DNA of 64,000 bases from an uncultured delta proteobacterium (GTDB taxonomy: Bacteria; Desulfobacterota; Desulfomonilia; UBA1062). Made by a program: the position numbers and the translations under genes. Where the stretch lies: the NCBI GenBank assembly GCA_963752595.1, contig CAVVYZ010000008.1, forward strand, positions 11,269-75,268. The letters are read 5' to 3'. Under the pieces are notes generated by a model. The model worked only from the letters and a program-made list of their open reading frames with translations. It was not told where the DNA came from and made no database searches. Of the stretch, positions 31,580-41,083 are shown piece by piece; within the stretch, counting starts at the first letter, position 1, and each line of letters opens with the position of its first letter.

Positions 31580-32541
31580 ATGGAATTCACTTCTCATATT
31601 CTTAAAATAGAGCCGAAAAAAGAAACCGAGCAGATAGCCGGCTTTGTCAGGGACCAGGTGCAGTCAGTGTACCGGAGGTCAGGGATCGTGGTGGGCCTGA
31701 GTGGGGGCATCGATTCTGCCGTCATGGCGGAGCTCTGCATCAGGGCATTGGGGAAAGACACGGTCTACGGCGTGATCCTGCCTGAAAAGGAATCGAACCC
31801 TGTCAGCAGCCGTTTTGCCAGGGCCCACGCCGATAAAATCGGCATCAGATACAGGGAGGTGGATATAACTTCTACGGTAGACAGCGTATATTCATACAAT
31901 CTCAGGGATAATTTCATCAAAGAGCTCATTCCCGAGTACACACCGGGTGCAAGTACAACATAACCCTGCCGACGGATCTGCTGGAGCGGGATTCTTTCAG
32001 CTTTTACGTCCTTCGCGTCCAGCTGAATGACGGCGCCATCAAGACAAAGCGCCTGAACTTCGATGCGTTCAGAAAAATCACCTCTTTTGCAAACATCAAG
32101 ATACGCTCCCGGATGATCCATCTGTACGCGGAAGCGGAAAAGACCAATTCCCTTGTGGCAGGTACCACCAACAAAACGGAATACCTGCTCGGGGATTTCT
32201 GCAAATACGGGGACGGAGGAACAGATATCGAGGCCATAGCACATCTGTACAAGAATCAGATCTATCAGCTCGCCGATTATTTAGGCATTACCCGGGAGAT
32301 TATCGACAGGTCTCCGAGCCCCGATACGTTCAGCCTCCCGGTAAGTGATCAGGAGTTCTTCTTCCGGATCCCCTTCGATAAGCTCGATCATCTCCTCTAC
32401 GCATGGGAGCATGAAATTCCGGCAGAGAAGGTGTCAGCTGTTCTCGGCATCTCGAATGAGGCCGTTGGAAGGGCCTTTACCGATTTCACTACAAAGAGCC
32501 GGGCTACCGCCCACTTGCGTCAGATGCCGTCCAGCCTGTAG
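31580..32541 (+). CDS. nadE: NH3-dependent NAD+ synthetase-family protein (one frameshift near 31950)
   Basis: GLSGGIDSAV, NIKIRSRM..LY, GTTNKTE, KYGDGG.D, LYKNQIYQLA, PSPD. Confidence 0.85.
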
Positions 32542-32547
32542 CAGGCT

Positions 32548-33421
32548 CTACCAGCACGCTCCGGGCTCCACTATGCGTAAGGCCTCCGCATCGAGAAGCC
32601 CATGCTCGCAGAGCACACTCTGGGCAGTAGCAAATTCGAAGTCTTTGATAAGCTTACAGAACTTCGTATAGGTTCCGGAGATCCCCACATATGTCCTGAA
32701 CCGAGACAAGGCGGATATCCCCTCTACCCGTGGCGTTCTGCCGTTGAGCTCCCATGGATGGATATAAAAAATGAAAGGAGTAGAGTTTTTTTCGAGAAGT
32801 CTCAGGGCAGACCGCGTAAAGGAATAGGGAAGAAGCCTGAAATAACCGCCCCCTGATATAGGGAAGTTGACGGCACCGAACTTCATGGTGGAAATGGGGA
32901 ACTCCACAAGATCTTCCCGGAATTTTGTGAGGAAATCTCGGGGCATCCGGGATACCGTAGTTGTCATGATGTATGGGAAAAATACTGGAGTCGTAGCGGA
33001 AATTCAGCTCTTCCAGGATATCCAAGGCCCAGAGCGTCTTATTTGTTATGGAGTAGGTGGGTGCCCGGTATCCGATTACCTCCCTGCCTATGCAGTCTTC
33101 AAGAACATGCTTGGCCCGCGATACGTCATCTTTGAAGGATTCAGGCGTCTGGGTAGAGATGATCTGGTGCATATACCCATGGCAGGCTATCTCATGCCCG
33201 CGCTCATGGATGGCTTTGATGAGCCCGTTATTTCTCTCGGCGATCCACCCGAGGCAGAAAAACGTTGCCGAAATGCCTGCTTCCTCCAATGCATCCAGTA
33301 TCTTCTTTGTGTTATACTCCGCAAAGCATGGAAAGGAATCCCATGACTTGGGGGATACAGTGCCGGAGAGAGCGTGTACCTGGAAGTATTCCTCAAGATC
33401 AATGGTGAGCGCATGTCTCAT
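32548..33421 (-). CDS. Polysaccharide deacetylase (XrtA/PEP-CTERM-associated type), frameshifted
   Basis: TIDLEEYFQ, ATFFCLGW, HEIACHGY.H, GYRAPTYSI, YDSSIFP, GGGYFRLLPY, YIHPWE. Confidence 0.9.
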
Positions 33422-33753
33422 ATTATTAAGTATAGTATGTTTCGGTGTGTATCGCAAGAATTGATGAAATCCTTCCCGTTTATTGCCGTGCACCTTTAAT
33501 GGTCATGGATTTTAATTGATGCTCAGATCAAAATACGATAAATAAGGTCTCGTCCTTTCCCCTTTGCCGAAGAGGAAAAGGTACGGCATAGGTGGTGCCT
33601 GCAGGGCAACCGGTCACGGGAAAGGTTGCCTGTCTTTTAGTGCATTCATATTTTATGATAACAATACAAGAGCGGAGATACGTCAAAAAAAAGTGCACAT
33701 CAACTTCTCCGGGAGATAGAAAAGGATTATAAGATAACTACAAGGAGGGGAAT

Positions 33754-35565
33754 ATGGGGTATTCAGAGAAGAACATCGCAGGAATCTTCCACAACAGAGC
33801 AGAAAAGTATCAGTTTGAACCTTTTCTGCAAATACAAGAAGCAGGGCAGATATACGGCCATCAGCTGGAGAGAGATGCAGAAGCTGGTCACGAATGCCGG
33901 CCTGGGCCTTATCTCGCTCGGCGTTAAAAAGAGTGATATCTTGACCATCTTCTCCGAGAATTGCTGGCAGTGGCTGGTGGCCGATCTCGCAAGCCTTTCC
34001 ATCGGAGCGGCCGATGCCCCGATCTATGCCACAAACTCGGGCGAGGAAGCCGCCTACATCATCAATGACGCCGTCTCGCGGTTCCTTTTTGTATCGGACA
34101 AGGAGCACCTGGACAGGGTCTTAAGCGTACGGTCCAAGATCAAGGGATTGAAGAAGATCATCACCTTTGACCCCATTCAGTCAGATGACAAGGATATCAT
34201 CACCTTTGACGAACTCATGAGCCTGGGCGAGCAGTACAAAGACAAGAAGGCCTTTGACGAACGCCTCTTGAGCATCGATCCCGAAGGCCTTGCAACCCTC
34301 ATCTATACTTCAGGCACAACAGGTCCGCCCAAGGGCGTAATGCTTACCCACGCCAATTTCGTGGCGAATATCATGCAGTGCTACGCATCCCACCCGATGA
34401 TCGGTCATCAGGATGAGGCCTTGCTGCTGCTTCCCTGGAGCCATTCCTTCGGCAGGACAGTAGGTATCTATCTGATGATACATGTGGGTGCGGTCATGAG
34501 CCTGGCAGAGAATTTCGGTGCGGTCATGCAGAATATGACAGAGATCAGGCCCACCCTCATGGTATCGGTACCAAGGCTTTTCGAGAAGATCCATGCCGGG
34601 CTCTTTTCAAAAGTGCGCAGGCAACCCCTGTAAAAAAGAAGCTCTTTTCCTGGGCCGTGTCCGTTGCCGGCAGGGCTGTGGATTACCGGGTGCAGCACAA
34701 AGAAATGCCTTTATCCCTGCAGCTCCAGTATGACGCAGCCGACAAGCTCGTGTATTCCAAACTCAAAGAAGCTCTGGGAATGAACAGAATCAAACTCTTC
34801 ATAAATGGCGGCGGCCCTCTGGCAGCAGATATCGACCGGTTCTTCAATGCCATCGGGGTGAACCTCCACAACGGCTACGGTCTCACCGAGACCACGCCCG
34901 TAACCAACGTGAACACCTTCGAGGTATTCGAGTTCGGCTCGGTAGGGCCGGCACTTGCAGACACCTATATCAAGATAGCCCCGGACGGAGAGATCCTCAT
35001 CAAAGGCCCCCAGATCATGAAAGGTTATTTCAACAAGCCTGAGGAGACGCGTGCAGTATTCACCGATGACGGGTGGTTCATGACCGGCGATATCGGAAGG
35101 GTCGACGAAAGGGGTTGCCTGTACATAACCGACCGGAAAAAAGACATCATCGTAACAGCCGGAGGGAAGAACATAGCACCCCAGAACATCGAGAACACCC
35201 TGGCAGCGGATCTCTTCATTGAACAGGCGGTGGTGATCGGGGAAGGGAGAAAATACTTGAGCTCGCTGATCGTGCCGAACTATTCCGAACTGATCTCCTA
35301 TGCAAAAAAGCAGGGGATCTCGTTTGATAAAAAGGAAGATCTCATCACCAAACCGGAGATCCTTTCTTTCTATAAAACCAAAATCGATACCCTTATGAAG
35401 GATTATGCACGGGTGGAGCAGATCCGGAAGTTCTCGCTGCTTCCTCGCGAGTTCACCATCGAGACCGGAGAGCTGACCCCAACGCTCAAGATGAAGCGCA
35501 AGGTCATAAACCAGAATTTCTTTTCCGAGATAGAGTCGATGTACAAGGACAAGGAAGGCGAGTAG
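33754..35565 (+). CDS. fadD: Long-chain fatty acid-CoA ligase (frameshifted)
   Basis: [61 protein letters not shown]. Confidence 0.92.
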
Positions 35566-35574
35566 GTTCCCTTT

Positions 35575-35606
35575 AAGGGAGGGAAGCCTTATGGGATTCC
35601 CTCCTT
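35575..35606 (+). terminator. Stem-loop downstream of fadD
   Basis: GGAGGGAA (35578-35585) / TTCCCTCC (35597-35604); weak U tract. Confidence 0.4.
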
Positions 35607-35856
35607 GTAACCTCTCAGGTAACTACCCTTATGGAATGAGTGCCTGTTCATCATATACGTGCTTGGCGCTGTCCTTGCCGAGGTCCTGTATAAGTCCCTG
35701 CAAAGAAAGGGACACGATACGCCGATTCTGACCGGATAGGATTATTTATTCAATGCAGCACGTAAGGCTCTTTTTTTATCTGCAGCAAAAGAGCCTTTCG
35801 AGGCGCTTGAATATTTTCACTGAATTGGGATTTTTCCCCTTGCTAACCGGTTCTTG

Positions 35857-35903
35857 AGGCTATATATAGTATATAGGGCATATTACAGTACTACATCTAG
35901 TAC
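35857..35903. promoter_or_regulatory. Tandem NrdR boxes
   Basis: Palindromic cores CTATATATAG (35860-35869) and gtaCTACATCTAGtac (35888-35903), 31 bp apart, directly upstream of nrdD. Confidence 0.8.
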
Positions 35904-35920
35904 AAAGAGGGAGAGGTCTA

Positions 35921-38131
35921 ATGTACACTAAAATCAGGAAGCGCGATGGGAGATTTGCCTCTTTTGACGCATCCAAAATTACGGGAGCACTTGCGAAAGC
36001 AGGCGCCGCAAGCGGAGAGTTCGATAAGGATATGGCCCACAGGCTGATGCTCAAGGTCATAAGCATAGCCCAGGATACTATACCCGATGTTCCCACCGTT
36101 GAGGAGATCCAGGACATTGTCGAAGAGGTCCTGCTTTCGTCTCCTTACCGAAAGACGGCAAAGGCGTATGTCTTATACCGGGATCAGCATGCGAAGATCA
36201 GAGAGATCAAGGCGGGAATAGGGGTCGACCTGATCGATCAGTATTTGAAAAAAATCGATTGGAAGGTAAATGAAAACAGCAACATGGCTTTCTCCCTCCA
36301 GGGATTGAACAACTATCTCTCCTCGGAGATCAGCAAGATCTACTGGCTCAACAAGATATACCCGCCCGAGGTGCGCAATGCGCACTCTGAGGGAGACTTT
36401 CATATCCATGACCTCAATATCATATCGGTATACTGTGTCGGCTGGGACCTCTACGACCTTCTGCTCCAGGGTTTCAAAGGCGCGTTGGGAAAGGTCGAGA
36501 GCAAGCCGGCCAAGCACTTCCGCACGGCCTTGGGCCAGATCGTGAACTTCTTCTACACCCTGCAGGGAGAAGCGGCCGGCGCGCAGGCCTTCTCAAACTT
36601 CGACACCCTGCTCGCTCCGTTCATCCGTCACGACAAGCTCGATTATGCCCAGGTGAAACAGGCGCTCCAGGAATTCATCTTCAATATCAATGTGCCGACC
36701 CGTGTCGGGTTTCAGACGCCTTTCACCAACGTAACGCTCGATCTCGAAGTCCCTTCGTATCTCGCGAACCAGGCTGTCATCATCGGCGGCAAGGTGCAGG
36801 ATACCACCTATGGCGAATACCAGCATGAGATATCACTGTTCAACGAGGCATTCGTCGAGGTAATGGCTGAAGGCGATGCAAAGGGAAGGGTGTTCACGTT
36901 CCCCATACCGACCTATAACATCACGAAGGATTTCAACTGGGATAATCCTTATCTTACCAATCTCTGGAAGATGACGGCAAAGTACGGGGTTCCCTATTTC
37001 TCGAACTTCGTCAACTCCGAGATGGATCCGGAAGATGCCAGAAGCATGTGCTGCAGGCTCCGGATAGACAACCGGCAGCTGGAGACGCGCGGGGGCGGTC
37101 TGTTCGGCTCGAATCCGCTGACAGGCTCCATCGGCGTGGTGACCATAAACCTGCCCCGGCTCGGGCACATAAGCAAGGATAAAGATGACTTCCTGAAAAG
37201 GCTGGATTCGCTCATCACCCTTGCAAGCTCGAGCCTGGAAATCAAACGCAAGGTGCTCGAGAGCTTCACCGAATCGAACCTCTATCCCTACACGAAATAC
37301 TACCTCGCCGGCATCAAGAAACGCTTCGGCGAGTTCTGGAAGAACCACTTCTCCACCATAGGGATCGTAGGAATGAACGAGGCCTGTCTCAACCTGCTGG
37401 GAGAAAATATCGGGAGCGTGGCGGGCAGGGACTTCGCCTTGGAGGTTGCCGACTTCATCAGAAACCGGCTCATCGAGCTTCAGGAGAAAACGGAAAGCAA
37501 CTACAACTATGAAGCAACGCCCGCGGAAGGGACATCCTACAGCCTGGCCCGCCTCGATAAGCGCAAATATCCGGATATCATCTGCGCCAATGAGGAGGCA
37601 TACCACAACGGCGCCGAGCCGTACTATACCAATTCCTCGCAGCTCCCGGTCAACTATACCGACGACATCTTCGAGGCGCTCGACCTGCAGGACGAGATCC
37701 AATCAAAATACACCGGCGGGACCGTGCTCCATATCTTCCTCGGGGAACAGGTGGAAGACCCGGACGTGATCAAGAACCTCGTCATGAAAATTTGCGGCAG
37801 TTACAAAATGCCGTACTTCACCTTCAGCCCCACGTTCAGCGTATGCCCGAACCACGGGTATCTTTCGGGGAATCAGCAGGTCTGCCCGAAGTGCGACGAG
37901 GTCACGGAGGTGTACTCCAGGGTCGTCGGATACCTAAGACCGGTCTCCCAGTGGAATAACGGCAAGAAAGAAGAATTCAGCGAAAGGAAGATGTTTGCGG
38001 TCGAGAAGGCTTCCGTCAAGGAGCTTGCGGTCCGGGATCAGGTCTTCAAGGTCAAACCGGCCGAGCCGAAGAATCAGGCGCTCTCCAATCAGGAGACTGA
38101 AAAGACGGGGCTTGAGTACACGACGCAGTGA
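35921..38131 (+). CDS. nrdD: Anaerobic (class III) ribonucleoside-triphosphate reductase with ATP cone
   Basis: ATP cone IRKRDG...EEIQDIVE, HIHDL, YC, SMCCRL, EATPAEG, CPNH/CPKC zinc site, RVVGYL glycyl-radical motif. Confidence 0.97.
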   Translation: MYTKIRKRDGRFASFDASKITGALAKAGAASGEFDKDMAHRLMLKVISIAQDTIPDVPTVEEIQDIVEEVLLSSPYRKTAKAYVLYRDQHAKIREIKAGIGVDLIDQYLKKIDWKVNENSNMAFSLQGLNNYLSSEISKIYWLNKIYPPEVRNAHSEGDFHIHDLNIISVYCVGWDLYDLLLQGFKGALGKVESKPAKHFRTALGQIVNFFYTLQGEAAGAQAFSNFDTLLAPFIRHDKLDYAQVKQALQEFIFNINVPTRVGFQTPFTNVTLDLEVPSYLANQAVIIGGKVQDTTYGEYQHEISLFNEAFVEVMAEGDAKGRVFTFPIPTYNITKDFNWDNPYLTNLWKMTAKYGVPYFSNFVNSEMDPEDARSMCCRLRIDNRQLETRGGGLFGSNPLTGSIGVVTINLPRLGHISKDKDDFLKRLDSLITLASSSLEIKRKVLESFTESNLYPYTKYYLAGIKKRFGEFWKNHFSTIGIVGMNEACLNLLGENIGSVAGRDFALEVADFIRNRLIELQEKTESNYNYEATPAEGTSYSLARLDKRKYPDIICANEEAYHNGAEPYYTNSSQLPVNYTDDIFEALDLQDEIQSKYTGGTVLHIFLGEQVEDPDVIKNLVMKICGSYKMPYFTFSPTFSVCPNHGYLSGNQQVCPKCDEVTEVYSRVVGYLRPVSQWNNGKKEEFSERKMFAVEKASVKELAVRDQVFKVKPAEPKNQALSNQETEKTGLEYTTQ

Positions 38132-38139
38132 GATAAAAA

Positions 38140-38191
38140 GAGTCGGTATTCAAAAACGAAAAAAGCGATCGTTATTTTTGAATACCGACTC
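38140..38191. terminator. 17-bp perfect inverted repeat, probable bidirectional terminator
   Basis: GAGTCGGTATTCAAAAA (38140-38156) / TTTTTGAATACCGACTC (38175-38191), between convergent genes. Confidence 0.7.
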
Positions 38192-38196
38192 CTCTT

Positions 38197-38574
38197 CTAA
38201 ATGATTCTTTTCAGGACAGAGCTTAAGTCTTCAATCTTAAAAGGTTTGGCAATGACTCCCTTGAACCCGTATTCCTGGAAGTTCGTAACCGCAGGGTCCG
38301 TGGAATAGCCGCTCGAAACGATTGCCTTGACGTCAGGGTCTATCTTGATAAGGTCCTTGACGGTCTCTTTGCCCCCCATCCCTCCGTGGATCGTGAGATC
38401 CATGATAAGGGCATCGAACGGTTTCAGTGTCTCTTTTGCTTTTACATACATATCGATTGCCTGGGTTCCGTTGGATGCTACCTCCACTTCATAACCCAGA
38501 AAATCCAGCATATTGCTCAAGACATCCTGGATAATCTCCTCATCATCCATGACCAGTATCCTCGGCTTCCTCAT
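38197..38574 (-). CDS. Single-domain response regulator
   Basis: ILVMDDE, IMDLT, VSSGY, AKPF. Confidence 0.92.
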   Translation of the reverse strand: MRKPRILVMDDEEIIQDVLSNMLDFLGYEVEVASNGTQAIDMYVKAKETLKPFDALIMDLTIHGGMGGKETVKDLIKIDPDVKAIVSSGYSTDPAVTNFQEYGFKGVIAKPFKIEDLSSVLKRII

Positions 38575-38799
38575 GGGCGAACTCCCTTCTGTAAACGTTG
38601 CTTAAGCTGCGGTTACTTGTACATCCGATATTAATAATGAGAAGGAGCAATTAATCAAGCAGAAAATCAAAGGTCTATCGGATTGATCCTATGCGGATCT
38701 CCTTAAAAGGTATCTCTTACGGATGGAAGATCTTGCTTTTTATTCCGGAAAGACCCATGGTAGAAGAAGAAGTCAAACATTCATAACAGGTAAAAATGC

Positions 38800-39489
38800 A
38801 TGAAAATCGGATACCTGCAAAAGACATCTCTTATCGATTATCCCGGGAAGATATGCGCCGTGATCTTTACCCAGGGCTGCAATTTCCGATGTCCCTACTG
38901 CCACAACCCCGAGCTTGTGGACACCTTGTCTTTCACGGATTCTTTTTCCGAGGAGGAGATCCTCTCGTGGCTGCCCCGGAGAAAGGGGCTGCTCGACGGA
39001 GTGGTGATCACCGGAGGTGAACCGACACTCCAGCCCGACCTTATCCCTTTCATGCAGAAGATCAAGGATCTTGGTTTCCTGGTAAAGCTCGATACCAACG
39101 GCTCATGCCCCGATGTCCTCGCACATGCCGCCCGTGAAGGGCTCGTTGATTACATTGCCATGGATATCAAAGCACCCTTTGCCAAATATCATAAGGCTGC
39201 AGGCCGTCAGATCGACACCCGTGCAGTCGGGATGAGCATCGGGACCGTCACCGGATCACATGTTGCGTATGAATTCAGGACGACCCTTGTCTCCGGGCTT
39301 CTCTGCGTCGATGATATCATCGAGATCGGCCATATGATCAAAGGTGCATCCCGCTATGCACTCCAGAGGTTCGTCTCGTCCAAACATCTTGATCAGGCTT
39401 ATTTGAATGCCGGTCCGTTCACCGATGAGGAAATCTCCGGCCTCGTCCAGGCCCTGAAACTTCTGGTCGGTCAGCTTATTGTCCGCTGA
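38800..39489 (+). CDS. nrdG: Anaerobic RNR activating enzyme (radical SAM)
   Basis: SLIDYPGK, CNFRCPYCHN, TGGEPT, KLDTNGS, MDIKAP, YEFRTT. Confidence 0.93.
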   Translation: MKIGYLQKTSLIDYPGKICAVIFTQGCNFRCPYCHNPELVDTLSFTDSFSEEEILSWLPRRKGLLDGVVITGGEPTLQPDLIPFMQKIKDLGFLVKLDTNGSCPDVLAHAAREGLVDYIAMDIKAPFAKYHKAAGRQIDTRAVGMSIGTVTGSHVAYEFRTTLVSGLLCVDDIIEIGHMIKGASRYALQRFVSSKHLDQAYLNAGPFTDEEISGLVQALKLLVGQLIVR

Positions 39490-40999
39490 ATATCTTTCCC
39501 ACCTTCTGCACGAGCTCATTGGGAAGAAACGGCTTCTGGAGGAATGCGATTTCCTTGAGCTCTTCCTCCCTGACCACGTCATTGCCGTATCCTGACATCA
39601 GCATGATCTTGATATCCGGCAGGATGGACTGCATCTTTTTTGAGAGCATGATCCCGTCTATCCTGCGCATGACCATATCGGTGATGAGCAGGTCGATCCT
39701 GCCCTCATGCTGCCTTGCAAGCTGGAGGGCATCGCCTCCGTTCCTCGCGGTCAGGATGGTGTGCCCATTCTGTTTCAGTATCTCGCTGACGAGTTCCCGC
39801 ACGGTATCATCGTCTTCCACCACGAGGATCGTTTTTCCATCGACAGGAACGTAAGAATCAAGCTTATCGGCTGATTTGACATTCACCGCCTTTTCTTCCT
39901 GCGAAAAGGGAAGGAGGATGCGCAGTGTCGTTCCCGCTCCAGGAGTACTTTCCACGGAAATCGCCCCTCCGGCTGATTTAACCATGCTGTTCACTGTCCA
40001 GAGTCCGATACCTTTGCCTTTGTCCCGCGGGGAAAAGAAGGGATCGAAGATGTGCTGTTTCACCTCGTCGCTCATCCCGATTCCGGTATCTTTTATAGAG
40101 AGCATCAGATATTCCCCTTGCCCGATGTTGTCATACATAAGGGCATTGGCCTCATTCACCCTTTCAATACCGGTCTCTATGGTAATTTCTCCCCCTTTAG
40201 GCATTGCGTCCTTTGCATTTATCACCAGATTGAGCAGCATTTTGGAAAACTGTGTCGGGTCGATCCTGACTTTTTTCAGGCCTTCCTTTTTGATAATCGT
40301 CAGCCGGATATTTGCCTCGATGATATGTCTTAAGATAGTTTCCTGATCGGAAAGCTCCTGGTTGATGTCCAGGTCCTTGCATTCGGGCATGGTCTTCCTG
40401 CTGAACTCCAGGATCTTCTGGGTGAGCAGGGAGGCCTGAGTGCCGGCCTGGCAGATCTGAAAGATCTTGCTGTAGAACGGATGGCCCTTGTCGATTGAAC
40501 CGAGCATGATCTCTGAATATCCGTTTATGACCGTAAGGAGATTATTGAAATCATGGGCAAACCCCCCGGCCACCTGCCCCAGGGTTTCCAGGCTCGCCTT
40601 CTGAAGAAGATTCTGCTCCTGTACCTTCTGATCTATCATATCAAGGGCCTGGTACTGGAAAGATATGACCTTACCATCTTTTATGATCGGTCTTCCTGAG
40701 ATGAGCAGGTACAGAATTCTGCCGTCCGCAGCCTTCATGCGTACCTGGTATGTGACATCTTTTTTTTCTGAAATACTCTCTTTCCAGAGGCGTATGACCT
40801 TGGCCTTATCTTCATCATGGATGAACTCGAAGATGTTCCTGCCTATGGCGGATTCTTCCGAACCATCTTTCCCCAGGAATATCCCTACCCCTTTCTTGTT
40901 GATCCTGATGATTCCACCGTTCTTATCCATGACAGCGGCCATGGCAGTCGCATTTTGGAAGAGGTCTTCAAAGAATGTTTCATTTTTCTGCATGATCAT
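39476..40999 (-). CDS. Cytoplasmic hybrid sensor histidine kinase (PAS-HisKA-HATPase-REC)
   Basis: AHDFNNLLT, NLVINAKDA, DTGIGM, FDPFF, LITDMVM, LQKPF. Confidence 0.93.
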   Translation of the reverse strand: MIMQKNETFFEDLFQNATAMAAVMDKNGGIIRINKKGVGIFLGKDGSEESAIGRNIFEFIHDEDKAKVIRLWKESISEKKDVTYQVRMKAADGRILYLLISGRPIIKDGKVISFQYQALDMIDQKVQEQNLLQKASLETLGQVAGGFAHDFNNLLTVINGYSEIMLGSIDKGHPFYSKIFQICQAGTQASLLTQKILEFSRKTMPECKDLDINQELSDQETILRHIIEANIRLTIIKKEGLKKVRIDPTQFSKMLLNLVINAKDAMPKGGEITIETGIERVNEANALMYDNIGQGEYLMLSIKDTGIGMSDEVKQHIFDPFFSPRDKGKGIGLWTVNSMVKSAGGAISVESTPGAGTTLRILLPFSQEEKAVNVKSADKLDSYVPVDGKTILVVEDDDTVRELVSEILKQNGHTILTARNGGDALQLARQHEGRIDLLITDMVMRRIDGIMLSKKMQSILPDIKIMLMSGYGNDVVREEELKEIAFLQKPFLPNELVQKVGKIFSGQ

Positions 41000-41083
41000 A
41001 CTCCTTCATATAAATCCCTTAAGAAGTTCTAGCTGTAGACATTCTATCGGCACATACCCGGGATAATTTTAATGGGGGTCGGA

